Notes under the pieces: model-generated
The model's database searches: none
Seen by the model: the letters and a program-made list of their open reading frames with translations, nothing else
Told to the model about the DNA's origin: nothing
Program-made: the position numbers and the translations under genes
In this document: positions 26,660 to 39,342 of the stretch, one piece after another
How the letters are laid out: each line of letters starts with the position of its first letter
How positions within the stretch are numbered: the first letter of the stretch is position 1
Origin: Camelus dromedarius
Taxonomy: Eukaryota
Direction: 5' to 3'
NCBI RefSeq assembly: GCF_036321535.1
Contig: NC_087437.1
Span: forward strand, 7,440,001-7,504,000
DNA: 64,000 nt

Positions 26660-27400
26660 TATGTTGAGAGCACAGACTGGAGCCAACAGCCTCAGGAGTC
26701 CCAAGCCCCACACCTCCCCCTTCGAGCTTGCTGATTGACTTTCCTTGGGTCTCAATTCATAAAGGTGACGGAGTGCTGACATGGAGAGGTTGATGCCTCT
26801 GAAAGAAACGAGAGGTGTGGCACACCCATCAGGGCCACAGGGGAAGCACCAGATTCAGGAATCAGAAGAGGAGGGAGAGGAAAACCTAGATCAGAGCTCC
26901 GATCTGGGTTTCAGCGGGAAAAGCAGGACAGAGAAACATGTTAGGACTGGCTAATCTGAAGAATGCCAGTAGCTTTCAAGCTATGGGGATAGTCTCTGGT
27001 TGCCTGATACCTGCCATGGAATGATGTGGGAGGGGGCAGAAAGAGGGGCTTGAGGTATAAAGTTAGGGAAATAGGGGAGTGGAGAGGAGAGACTTGGATC
27101 GGTTGGTTTGTATATGACAAATGTGCTCCTGGCTGAGCCCTTTGCTCTCTCTGAGAATCAACTAGCCAAGGAGGGGCAGCAAGATTTTCAAGATGTCAAA
27201 ATACCATAAGATACAGAAAATTTAAAAAAAAGAACATGATTAACACAGTGACTCAATCTCTTTGCCTCACGTTCCTTATCTGCAGAAGGGGGATAATAAT
27301 AATACAACATCGTAGGGTTAGAGTGAGGATTTCTATATCATATGGAACAGTGTGCGATATATAGGAGATACGATGTAAAAATGAGCATTGATATTTGTCA
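26660..27400 (+). mobile_element. MIR SINE split by a MER74-like LTR
   Basis: Head gagagcacagactggagcca at about 26664; core gcctcacgttccttatctgcagaagggggataataata and tail after 27248. Confidence 0.65.
26736..27247 (-). mobile_element. MER74-like ERVL solo LTR
   Basis: Minus strand begins tgtgttaatcatgttc...ttttctgtatc...ttttgacatcttg...ctgcccctccttggctag, matching the recalled MER74 5' end. Confidence 0.7.
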
Positions 27401-29104
27401 CTACAGCCCCTCTCACAACGCCTCCCCCAATGTAGGAGGTGCCCGAAAAGGACCAAATGAATGAACGAGTGAGTAAGTAAGCAAAGAAGTTCCTGTGATT
27501 GTGTGCCTTAATGTTAAGCAACCCGCATTCTCAATTCCTTAGGGACAAAAAATGAATCCGTGGACAGAAGTAGCAGCCGAGCAGAGGGATGGGTCAAATC
27601 TAGAGAAGGAGTAAGATTCTCAGCAACCAGAGGTTCTGCTGCTGTTTGTCTATAGCTCATCCCTTAGTCCATCCATCTCTGTCTCAGTATTTAAGGCAGG
27701 CATTTGTCTTTCAGGCTCCTTTTGGCAGTCATCCTAGGAAACATAAACTTCCCCATCCATAACCCAGTGAAGTCTAGCTGGACTCGGTGCCACTCCTCTC
27801 AGTCCCAATTGAAAGAAGAAAATTCGCATCTTCAGACATCAGCAGGAAGATACAACTGATGAATAAGTGTGCATTAGGTCCCTAAATAGACTTTTCCCCT
27901 TTATTATCTGCATACAGCATCTGTCTAATGGAAAATGAAGCAGTAACATCCATCTCTTTCAACAGCCATGAAAATTCAATGGGATCCAATGAACTCTCCT
28001 TGTTCAACACTTAGGATCTAGTACCATGCCCCACTTCTAATGAAGCTGAGATCTCAGACGCATAGACATTTAGAATCGGGGGACTGGGTGGTGTTTAATC
28101 TACCCCCCAGATTTCCAACGAAGGAAACAGATTCCATTGTCCCATCTGCCATCTCTTGTGAACAATACTGGGAAAAGGACTCATTTGTGAATATTTAGGA
28201 CACCCAGAATAATATCTCATTTTTGTAAATCAGCACTTAGCTGATGAATGCAGACATTTTACAAATATTGATACAAGAAACTTGTTCAGTGAACAATGAG
28301 GCTTGGAAACGTCCACCTAATGTATCCTTGATGTCAAAAGCATGGAAGTAATAATTCATGTTAAAACGTGGATAAGTAAGTAATCCTCTTGTCCACAGGT
28401 GTAAATAGTTGCATTGGATAGCTTTGTGACTTTGTGCAAATTATTTAAACACTCGTAGGCTCTGTTTTCTTATCTGTAAAATGAGGACATTAAACCAGAT
28501 GTTCAAGATCTAACATTTCCTGGTTTGATGAGAGGGTTTATACTCGAACTTTATGGTACTAATTACCTACAGGTCACTTTACTGAGTCTGAGTATCAATG
28601 CCATTTCACACCAGACCCAGTGTAGAATTAAGCAGACCACATGATAACCTCATAAATACACTCCTTATGCATTTATCATCTCTTTGAATCTTTTGAGGCT
28701 ATTTCCTATAACAAGAGGTCCAATTTAAAAATGAACTGAGTTAGAGGTCTTTATATAGCATTCATTTCAACACAGTTGAAATAGGAAATGTTAGCTATTT
28801 AATTAGCCAGGTTCATAATTTAGTTTGTAAACTCAGAGACCATATCTAGGTTTTACATAATAGTGATTACATGATCAGGGCTCATTAAAGGATAATAATA
28901 TAAAAATCACTTTTAAATGTTAGCTTTTTGTAGGTAATTTCCTTTCCATATGAATGCTTCGTATTTTAATATATCATCCTTTTCTCCCATTTATTTATTT
29001 ATTTTTGCTCTAGAAAATCCGTGAGGATTAATCTTGAAATGATGACAAAATTAATGGAAATCTAAATGAAAGTGTAATCTTATTGGAATTTCATTTTTGA
29101 TGAC

Positions 29105-29300
29105 ATAATAATAGGCTTATATAGCACCTTTCATCTATGGACCTCTAAGCACTTTACAAACATTAGTTAATTCGCACAACAATCCTGTGAGGTTGGCAAT
29201 TATAATCAGCCCCATTATGTAAATCAGGGAAGTTCAGGGAGGTTAAGTTCCTCAGGCAAAGCCAGCATCAGACCACAAGCTTTCAGATCCTTAGTGCTGT
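29105..29300 (-). mobile_element. Very old MIR-family SINE (MIR1_Amn/MIR3-like)
   Basis: cttatatagcacctttcatc...aagcactttacaaacatta...cacaacaatcctgtgaggt...ccccatt...gaggttaagt. Confidence 0.55.
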
Positions 29301-29703
29301 ATACCCAGAAAGGCTTGCCGAAAGTCCACCATTTTTGGTAGCTGCAACGAAGAGGTCTCTTTTCAAAAGAAACAAGGTCCCATAGAGAGCCTAATTTTGT
29401 CAGCTTTTGGTGTTCCACATGGGATGTGAAAGAGCTAGAAAGCAGGGCAGGCAGAGGGGAGCTTGCCTTGAAACGTGAAGGGACCTTACTGTCACGCCTT
29501 TCCCCACCAGCATAAGACTCCAGGCAGAAGACTATGTGATACCCATTTATGCATCAGCAACATTTGAAGGAAAAAATATTGACCCAAATAGTGTGAGCAT
29601 TATTTACAATAGCAGAAATCTTTATTTAGTGTTTATTGATTAATGGACTTTATATTAGGTGTTTTGTATACGTTACCTCACTTAATCCTTATGATAACCT
29701 AAG

Positions 29704-30890
29704 TGTATTAGTTAGCCATTGCTGTATAACATAGTGCCCTAAAACTTAGTGACTTTGAAATGCATTTATTCTTATGGTAAGTCTATTTTTAGTTTTTTAA
29801 GGAACCTCCATATTGTCCTCCATAGTGATTACACCAATTTACATTCCCACCAACAAAGCCATCAATCCCATTCCTGGGCATATATCCTAAAGGAACTCTA
29901 TCAAAAAGATACATGCACCCCCAATGTTCATAGCAGCACTATTTACTATAGCCAAGACATGGAAGCAACCTAAATGTCCATCAACAGATGACTGGATAAA
30001 GAAGATGTGGTATATATATATATATACTACTCAGCCATAAAAAAGAATGAAATTACGCCATTTGCAGCAACATGGATGGACCTAGAGATTGTCATACTAA
30101 GTGAAGTTAGTCAGACAGAAAAAGACAAATATCCTATAATGTGACTTCTATGTGGAATCTATAAAAAAAGATACAAATTTTATTTGCAAACCAGAAATAA
30201 ACTCATGGATGTAGAAAACAAACTGTGGTTATGCAGGGGCAGGGAGGGATAAATTAGGAGTTTGGGATTAACAGATACACTTTACTATATATAAAATGGA
30301 TGAACAACAAGGACCTACTGTATAGCACAGGAAACTATATTCAATTTCTTGTTATAAGCTGTAATGGAAAAGAATCTGAAAATGTATATATATATGAAAA
30401 CATGTATATGTATGTATATGTATATGTATATGTGAAAACACATGTGTGTGTGTGTGTGTGTGTGTACGTGGAACCAATTTGTTTTGCTGTACACCTGACA
30501 TTGTAAATTGACTGCACTTCAATAAAAAATAAGAATGAAAAAACACGTTTATTCTTGCTCATGCATCTGTGGTCAGCCGGGGGTTGGTCGTATAGGCTGC
30601 AGGTTGGAGCCAGGTCTGTTGCATCAGCCTCTCCTCCTTAGCCAGTAGGAGAGTCAAAGCGTGTGTTGCTTACAGCAAGCACACTTTCCACTGTTAACAC
30701 GTGCTGTCTGTTGATACTCCATCAGCCTATGCAAGTCACATAGCGGAGCTCAAAGCCAAATTGTGGTGAAGTGCCCTGTGCCCAGCGTGAGGTCAGTCCA
30801 GCCAAACACATCAACGGGGTGGGAAAGTTTATTCCCCCTGTGAAGGTACTGGGGAAGGGTGACTATTCTTGAGTTATTACTAACCTACCT
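29704..30890 (-). mobile_element. MLT1 (J/K-like) LTR split by an L1
   Basis: tgtattagttagccattgctgtataac...aaaacttagtgactt; resumes at 30557 gctcatgcatctgtggtc...gcaagtcacatagc. Confidence 0.7.
29774..30540 (+). mobile_element. 5'-inverted (twin-primed) L1 3' end with decayed TSD
   Basis: 29774-29855 is antisense ORF2; sense ORF2 C-terminus and 3'UTR run from about 29859. TSD aaatgcatttattctt (29758-29773) / aaacacgtttattctt (30541-30556). Internal (TA)/(TG) microsatellite at about 30385-30465. Confidence 0.9.
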
Positions 30891-33149
30891 TGGTACTTAT
30901 TCTTGTTCCCATTTCACATCCAAGAAAATAGGCTGCAAGCAGGAAGAACTTAGGAGTTTGAATTTCTGTATTTCTCCCAACCCCTGCTCCCCTGGCTGTA
31001 TCTTTAAGCACCAGATATGTTATAGGCTACTTTCCCACCCCTCAGATCATCCCCTCAGAAGTGATGAAGACACACCTTGTCCTCCTCCCTGGAGACCGAT
31101 GATGATTTAAATTATAGGGCCATGGACTGCTCCATTCTGGTTATGGCTTACGTGGGGGCTAAATAGCCCTTTCTAATTCTGTGCCTACAGTTCCCCATGG
31201 GACCAGAAGCACGGAGCCCTCTTCATTCCTCCATCACTAGTGCATTTAAGCCATTAAACCATCCTGCTGCATTTCAAAGAAGGATGCAGACAGTTCACAG
31301 AAAGCATCCTTTAGCTTTGGGAATGTATGAATTAATCATTGCAGCTAACTAGACACAGAGTTCACCAAAGGTCTCTGACCTCCTCGAGATAAATATTAAA
31401 TATAACCAACTTACTCAGTCGAAATGATGCAAATTACCCACAGTCCCAGGGTCAAGGATCTGAGAAGCGATAAGAAGTTCAAATAAATCAGATTACGAGG
31501 TCAGGCAGAAATTTTATTACCAGTGTGAATATCACACATCGTCCACACACTGCTGTCTCCTGCCAATCCCAGCGGGGACACGGGAGTGTGCGATGGGCTG
31601 GTTCAAACCCTGGACTTTCATTGGCTGATCTTGCAGCTCAATTTGCAGACTGCAAAACGGTGACCACAAGAAAAGAGAAAGATGGGCAACTTTATTAGGG
31701 TATGTCTACCAGTTTGAAAGGAGCTAATGGTATTTAACATCCATGAAAAGTACGAAACAGATTGAAGCTGTAACCTTCCAATGTTTGCTTTTCAGATTCC
31801 ATTTTGCAGAGTGCAAGGATTCCCTGGCAGGGCTACAGGACCAGCTGTGGGAGAAAAAAGAGACACAGAGGTACAGTGCCCTTGGCCTCCCCTTACTCTA
31901 CTGGAGCAGCTGCATTTTTATCTGCTTTATCAATTGCACACCATGTACGATTCCATTTGAATAAAAGCATTCTGCTGCTTAAAAATGGTTGAAAGCCATT
32001 GGTTTTGATCGTGTCTTCCTCTGCCGTAATATTCACTTTTCTACACCCAAGAACAAGTGCTTCTCTTGAACATGCTTTTAACATCTATTTAATTCTGGCT
32101 CTTTACATATCAGCAAAGAATGGGATTATCTTTGCCATGTTGTAGCCTTTTTTTTCCCCAAAAAAACATGCCCCATTTTACTTTGATGGCTTTCATCTTT
32201 TCGTTCTCTTCCCTGTATGTTCAGCCTCAAAATTGCTATTTTACTCCTAGCCTAGGGACAGGCATGTTGGATACCATTTCAAATGAGTCATCTAACTGGA
32301 GACTGGAGAGGAAAACAATGTGGTCTCTCAGGTCGAGGAACGGTTGTGTCTCACTTAATTTATGCAAAGCCTTCTGTATGACACTCCCCGTAGGGTTTCC
32401 TTTGGAAGCCTGATCACTCCCTTTCAAGACTGCGGCTTTTCCCGGAGTACCCAGGAAGGATGGGCTTACCCCAAAGGGCTCTTTCCAGTCAATTCCACTT
32501 CCCGTCTCTTTTTTTTCTGAGTGTCACGTACGGATGAGCAGAGACCACAGGCACACACAGGCTGCTCCCGGCAAGCCAGAGCAGCTTTGTATCTATTTAT
32601 GTGGGTACATGGCGAGACCCCTTGGACAAGTGTAACGGCACTTTGTTGAGAATGCCGCAGCCTCCCCTCTTAACACGATAGTCCCACCTCCTGTTTCTTG
32701 CAGCACTGAGTCCTGTCTCACTTTGTACCATCCCTCAGCTTCCCAGCCGTCACAGTTCAGAGAAGGAAGAACCAAATCTAATCCTCAATGACGCCAAGTA
32801 ACACCTTGTGTCCTCTTCGGCACCATGCGTCATGGCAAATCTCCAACCTAGATTTAGACAACCGTGGCTTCAGATCTCATGGAAACCTCCTTGCTGGCAC
32901 TTCTGAAAGGGTCTGGAGATCTGCCATCACGTTGAAATAAAATTCACAACTCTGGGGGGTCGCACTTCTGGGTAGTTGAAGAAAACGAGTTGGAATACTC
33001 GTGATGAACCTTTACTCGTGTTCAAAGCAGGGGGATTACACCAACCCTGTTAAATAAAGCTTGTGTACCTTCCGTGGGACACAGAGATAAGCCTCACTGA
33101 GGGCCTACTGATATTTTAAGTTCTTCCTCCTGCACCACCGTATGAGCAA

Positions 33150-33800
33150 ATCCAGACTCTGCAGAACTTGAGTTCCTTAACTGCCTGCAGCAGTTAACTG
33201 TCAGTGCCCCATGCATGTCTGCACCCACGTGTGGTTTATGCACCTTGGGGCCAACTTCCAACTGCTAACTCCTGAAAATCTTTGTCTAAAGGCTTCTCCT
33301 GGTGGCCTGAAGCATGTCCGAAAAGTGTAACAAGCCAACGGCACAGAGAATTAATGCTTTTTTGAGAACAGCCCAAACCTACAAGACCGATGGAAGTCTG
33401 GGGTATAAATACTCCAATCTAGGGTATAAATATTACCCTTCAGGTATGACAACTCTGAGGAGCATATGTTCTACATTGGCTTTTATTTCTTAAAAATAAA
33501 TTTTTAATGGAGGTACTGGGGACTGAGCCTGGGACCTCGTGCATGCTAAGCACGTGCTCTACCACTTGAACTATACCCTCCCCCCTACATTGGCTTCTAG
33601 AGTCATCTCACCTCCATGGGAGGAAGCTTCCTTTGCCCATAGTGGTCATTGACTTAACACATCATTTTTTTCTGTTTTGCTTCCTTCTCTAACTTACTGC
33701 CCAAATTTCCTGTTGGCATCTTCAGGCATCACCTCTCAAATAAACTACTTGCACTCAGATCCTTGTCTCAAGATTTACTGTTGGAGTAACCCAAACACTG
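33150..33800 (+). mobile_element. LTR16A-like ERVL solo LTR carrying a SINE
   Basis: 3' end catcacctctcaaataaactacttgcactcagatccttgtctcaag...aacccaaac is characteristic. Confidence 0.75.
33483..33584 (-). mobile_element. tRNA-Ala-derived SINE (camelid vic-1 type, short form)
   Basis: tRNA-Ala(AGC)-like head with A and B boxes, A-rich tail, perfect TSD ctacattggctt at 33471-33482 and 33585-33596. Confidence 0.92.
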
Positions 33801-33959
33801 CTATAAGCCTCAAGTCAATCATTAGTAAAAGGAGGGGAATATTAACTCCCTCATAGCTTCGTAAAGATGAAACAATATCTATACAATTCTTACCACTACT
33901 GCTACCACCGAGGAGGCATTTGATATATGACAGTTGTCCACAGTACCCACCCCCCTCAC

Positions 33960-34360
33960 TGTGTCCCTGTACCTGTGTTGCCTGACTCCCTGCCACTGTA
34001 TCCCCTGCTCCTTCCATTCAGGACCCATGGTCTTCTTGCTCTCCCTCAGACATGCCAAGCACACTCCCTCTTCTTTATCTGCATGGCTCTCTCCATCACT
34101 TCTTTCAAACCTTGTTCAAACATGATCTGATCAAAGAGTTCCCTGACCATCCTATACAAGGTAGCATTTCCTGCAAGATCTCAGTAGCCCCTTTACCCCA
34201 CTTCATTTTTCTCCATCACACTCAGCACTCCCCACCAGAACAGAAACTCCACAATGACAGGACACAGGTCTGTTCTGTTTTCTGATATACCCTCAGCATG
34301 GGCAATAGGGCTGAGCACCTAGGAGGTGCAGAAATAATGTTTGTTGAAGGAATGAATGAC
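33960..34360 (+). mobile_element. L2 3' end
   Basis: ttccctgacca...cagaaactccacaatgacaggacacaggtctgttctgt...atgtttgttgaaggaatgaatga. Confidence 0.75.
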
Positions 34361-34619
34361 TACATCTTTAGAAAATCCACCATTTAAGGAGTATTTTTAA
34401 AGTACTCTTAGATTGAGACACACTGATGAGGAGAATTTTGGAACTGGCTTGTTATAGACTCAGAAAGCCAGTTATTAAGTATTCAGCAATTTTGCCTAAG
34501 ATTCTAGCACAAACAAAAATGCCTTCATATTGGCCAGGACGTAGCTTTGGAGTAAGGATAAAAGGTAACATCAATGAATATTGACATCATCCTTATCACT
34601 AAATTGGGCTTTATGTATG

Positions 34620-34979
34620 TGCTATAGACTAAATGTTTATATTCCACCCCCAACTCATATGCTGAAAACTAATGCCCAGCATGATGGTGTTGTAATGGGG
34701 CCTTTGGGAGGGAATTAGATCGTGGGAGTGGAGCCCTCATGAGTGGGGTCAATGCCCTTATAAAAGAGACCCTGGCCAGCTCCACTGCCCCTTCTACCAG
34801 TGATGTTATGACAAGAAGACAGCCTATGAACCAGAAGGTGGCCCTCACCACACACTGAACCTACTGGCACCTTGATCTTGGACTTCTTAGCCTTCATAAG
34901 TATGAGAAATACATTTCTGCTGTTTATAAGCCACCCAGTCTATGCTAATTTGCTAGAGCAGCATATACAGACTGGGACA
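34620..34979 (+). mobile_element. MLT1A/A0 solo LTR
   Basis: TG...CA termini, gccctcatgagtggggtcaatgcccttataaaagagacc motif, 5-bp TSD gtatg/gtgtg. Confidence 0.88.
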
Positions 34980-35579
34980 GTGTGATATGTAGACCAGAAT
35001 CGTCCCTCCAGGCAGATTTAGTAACATTCTTTTCTGCACTACTCAGTAACCCTCTCCAGACTGCTATCATTGCCCACATGACGTGAAGCTTTCACTATTA
35101 ACCTATAAACCATTATCTCTGTAAGGACAAAGCACTGTTCATCTTTATAATCCCCGGATATTAACAAAATCTGCCCACATTTTACTGAATGCTTGAATGA
35201 CACAGTGACAACAGTCAAGGTTACGTAGACTGATGTGAAATGTAAGGACTCGTATAACTGACCCCATAATGCTTCCTTTAACATTATCTTATAGAACAAA
35301 ATTGAGCCCAGCCGCCTCTTGAATTTATGGTTTCTTGTGTGGAGATGATGAAGATAAGTTAATGGGCTCTGTCTTTTTTTTTTTTTTTTTTTCACAGATA
35401 AACTCTGCTAAGGGAAACGATTTTCAAGATGTGAATCTAGTCAAGTTGTCAATCTAAGTGGACTTCTGGAGCCACAGGGATATATTATAAAGAATGAATG
35501 ATGTTCTCAGTTTTGACTTTGCACACCTTCAGTAAAAGTGCTACTTGGAGTTTGAATAAGATTTTTCTCCTTAGAAGAG

Positions 35580-35880
35580 ACTGTGAAGCAAGGCAGGAGA
35601 GATTATGCTGCAATGACACATAAACTTAGAAACTGTAATGACAGAAATCAGTACAGGTTAATTTTTTACTGGAATCTCAGTCTTCTGTGGAAGATACGGA
35701 TCTCTTGGTTGGCCTCCTCAAAGACATTTCTACCCACTTTCCATTGACCAGAACTCAGTCACATGGCCCCACTCTAACTGCAAGAAGAGCTGGGAAAGGT
35801 TATCTTTCTATGCATTGTGGAGGAAGAACTCATTCAGTTGCACATGTAGTCCATTTCTACTGCAACATGGCTGAAAAATT
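35580..35880 (-). mobile_element. Deleted old MLT1 (K/J-like) LTR relic
   Basis: ttccattgaccagaactcagtcacatggccccactctaactgcaagaagagctgggaaa. Confidence 0.6.
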
Positions 35881-36580
35881 ATCAGAGATTCTATGCATAA
35901 ATTAATGTTATGGGAAATCTCTCTGCCCCAAGTCACTGACAACAGCCCACTTTTCCTATGAGTGGAAGTCTCTGTGTGCTGCCCAGCGAATAGCCTCCCA
36001 ATTCTGGCAGGGAGAGCCAGCATCCCTCTCCTAGAGATTAATTTTTCTAACCTCCCTTCATTAACCATGGAAGGCTGAAAAAGCAACCTGGTGTGAGCTG
36101 CTGTAGATACCCCTCCAACCCCAGCTCAAAAAGACCTTTTTCTCTATGGATATGGCCCTAGGGTCTAGGGCTCCTAGAATCAGTACCACCACCTCATGAC
36201 AGTGAAAGGAGACGTAGCAAAGGTGCAAGTGGTGGCAGAAACGAATGACAGAAGGGACAGGTTCTTGATAACAGCAAGGAGCCATTGAATGAACTCCAGA
36301 ACCCACTAACACTGGGGCTTTTCTTATAGGAGATAGTATGATTTTTTTCATAATAAAATCTTTTTCAGTTTACTCTTTACATATTTTAGGGTATTTATGG
36401 TTGGATTCAACAGGCATTTTTTGAGTGCTTAATTGTCACAAGATATAGTGTTTGCCACAGAAAGGCCATTTCCCTGCACCCCTGCTCCATTAGTTACCTA
36501 GATTGTTGCAGGAGGCCTCTTTCTAAAAGGCAAATCCATCTTCTCTCATGTCGAAATCTGCCTGAAGATCTATTCAGAAC

Positions 36581-36919
36581 CTTTCAGTCAATCTGGGCTG
36601 CTGTCACAGGATACCCTAAACTGGATGGGTTATAAACAACAGAGGTATATTTCTTACAGTTCTGGGGACCGGGAAGTCCAAGACCAAGGTACCTGTAGAC
36701 TCAGTGTCTGGTGGGAGGTGTCTTCCAGGTTGCAGGTGGCAGTTTTCTCATTGTATCAGAGGAGAAGAGAGCGTATTGGGGTCCCTTTTATAAGGGCACT
36801 AATCTGATTCACGAGAGTTCCGTCCTCATCTCCCAAAGGCCCACCTCTTAATTCACACTGGGGGTCAGGATTTCAATGTATGAATTCGTGGGAGGACAGT
36901 AAACACTGAGTTCATCACA
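36581..36919 (-). mobile_element. MLT1A/A0 solo LTR
   Basis: gggttataaacaacagagg...ttcttacagttctgggg...ttttataagggcactaatc...ttcaatgtatgaatt. Confidence 0.85.
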
Positions 36920-38053
36920 CTTTCAATCCCTGGAAGATGGATTGGAGTTTTAGAACTGCTAGGGTTTGTTGTGTTTTTTGGACCAAGGTGAAGAGGAGAG
37001 AGGACCAGACCCTTAGCTACACTGGTGTCTGAACTCTAAGTGGGTATTTTTCTCTTTTGCACTTTTATGTCATCTTTGTTGTCCACAATCCTTCAGGGCG
37101 TTTTGCTGTACGTAAGAGCTGTAGCCTGGTGTCCTAGAGAATAAGGCGGACAACTCATTCAGATTTGCTCATGACATACCCAGTTTTATCCTAGGAAGTC
37201 CCACACCCAGGATGCAGGCAAACTAGGATGGTAGGTCACCCCTACAGAGAGAATGAAGGCAAGAGGGCAGGATCTGAGGGCGAGAGGGGTCATTAGATGG
37301 TGGAGGCGGATCCAGATTGAGCTGGGAGCAGTTTCCAACCAGGAGGTGACAGATACCGAGAGAATTAAAGTCCATTTCTGGGCATCCTGAGAGAGGTAAA
37401 GCAAGTTGTTAGCTTCCCCCATAGAGAAAGAAGTCAAATGGACTATTAGAATGGGAGAGACCGGGGAACAGAGATCCTGGTGTTGCTAGTTATAACTGTG
37501 GTAGGTGCTGCTAAGAAAGGCAGGGCTCCCCAGGAGCGTGTAACAGGGCAGTCCACCTAGACATCTCCAGAGGCCTCCTTGAGGCCATGACTCCTGGCCA
37601 TGTTGGATTTGAGGTCTTCTGGGCTGATTAATTCCCTAACACCACTCACATAAGACAGTAACTTCTAATGAGTACATTCAGAGTGACTTTCAGTGACTCC
37701 AAAAAGAACCTGGAAACTGGAGTTAGAATCATTATAAATCTGATTTTAGCTACTTCAAGCAATCTTTTACAGGCTTTTCCTCCTCCTGGGAAACTACTCT
37801 ATCCTCCAAATGTGCCAGGTTTGAATCTCTCTGCTCTTTTTCTACCCTAAGGATAAATTTTTCCCATAAATCAGTTCTGCATAATGTGTTATCCAGTTAG
37901 AGAGTGGATTCTCCCAGACACAGTCATCCAACATAGAGACGTGGTGATGACCCTGGATCACTTCCGGTACAGCGTTAAGGACACACAGTTTTGACTACAT
38001 GAATCTCAAGGTCTTTCTTGAGTAAAGCCCATTTCCAAAATAAACAAGTGCAA

Positions 38054-38210
38054 GAGGGGAGGGTATAGTTCATTGGTAGAGCACGTGCTTAACATGCGTG
38101 AGGTCCTGGGTTCAATCCCCAATATTTCCGTACATACGTACATACATACCTCTGATTACCTACCCTCTTCAATTTTTTTAAATTAAATTTTAAAATAATT
38201 AGAAAAAAAC
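38054..38210 (+). mobile_element. tRNA-Ala-derived SINE (vic-1 type, long form, older copy)
   Basis: ggggagggtatagttcattggtagagcacgtgcttaacatgcgtgaggtcctgggttcaatcccc followed by a gattacctaccc tail motif. Confidence 0.88.
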
Positions 38211-39342
38211 TGTAAGTCTGTTGTTTTTTTTTAAAGAATCAGCAAGCACAGTTATTTACAACCACATGTGGCTCATTCCTTAAAGCCCCACTGAACTCTT
38301 GTTACCTGGACCACTTGCCATCCAGGCGAGAAGATACGCCACGCAGCCTTCCTCCCTGCCAGAGAATAAACGTTTCTCCAGCTTGTCAATAAAGTTCAGT
38401 GTTACTGGCTTCATATTCCCGCTAATGCATTGTGATCATGTACCGGCTATCTCTGCTTAGAAATGCTATCATTGCTACTGACTAGGTCAAAAGACCACGA
38501 ATAAAGTTTCTCTACCTGGGTTGAGTGCCCCAAAGGCATTTTTGGAATTCATTTTAAGAATCAGGCAGTTGAAAACACAGGTTGCAATGAAGGTTCTGGA
38601 AGGCAGACACTTGCTCTGCCATAAAAAATTTCTCATGTGTTCTGAACTGAATAAATCTCACCCAGAATTTAAACATTAAATTTTCTAAAATAACAATAAA
38701 TTGCCAAGCCTGAAATGAGAAATAAGGAAACTGATTATCAGGTGGAAAGGCTGGGCATGACTAGTGGGTTTATAGGATGGCAATGCAAGAACAGAAGCGG
38801 ACCCCGGTCCATGGGCAGAAACCTTACCTGTTATCAGTCTCCCGCCTCTAAGATTCTGATGATTCTTGGATGCCATCTCTGGCTTCTGGAACTTGGACTT
38901 CAGCCTTTTACTTCCCATCAGGCAGTATTATTATGACAGCCTGTGTATTATTTCAAAACAAATTTACCAAAAATAAAGATGCCTCTCGTACCACCAGTCC
39001 AGAGAAAGGGATTTCACGCCATGGGGTCACAGGAGTCCTTCTACAAAGGAGTTTTCAGAGATTCCTGGAAAGCAGCAGACACAATGGGGCAGTGGTGTGA
39101 AGCATGCACTCCATCCGAGGTCACAAGGTCAGAGTTTGAATCCTGAATCCACTGTTTACCACCGTGTGATCCCAGCCAGGAGGCTAGAACCTTCAGAGTA
39201 GCATCTGAAACAATCTGTAGCCACAGTCCAAAGGGCTGACTTCCTTACTGCCCTTGGGTTTACCTGCGTGCATCTTTTTTTTCCCCAAGGCAACTGTGAC
39301 TGCCTTGAGGGAGAAAGGCAGAACGTCTCCTCCCCTCTAAGG

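Larger units (their letters stand above)
29620..30950 (-). mobile_element. MIR SINE split by an MLT1 LTR
   Basis: Left half ttacctcacttaatccttatgataacc; right half ggtacttattcttgttcccatttcacatccaagaaaataggct. Confidence 0.55.
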
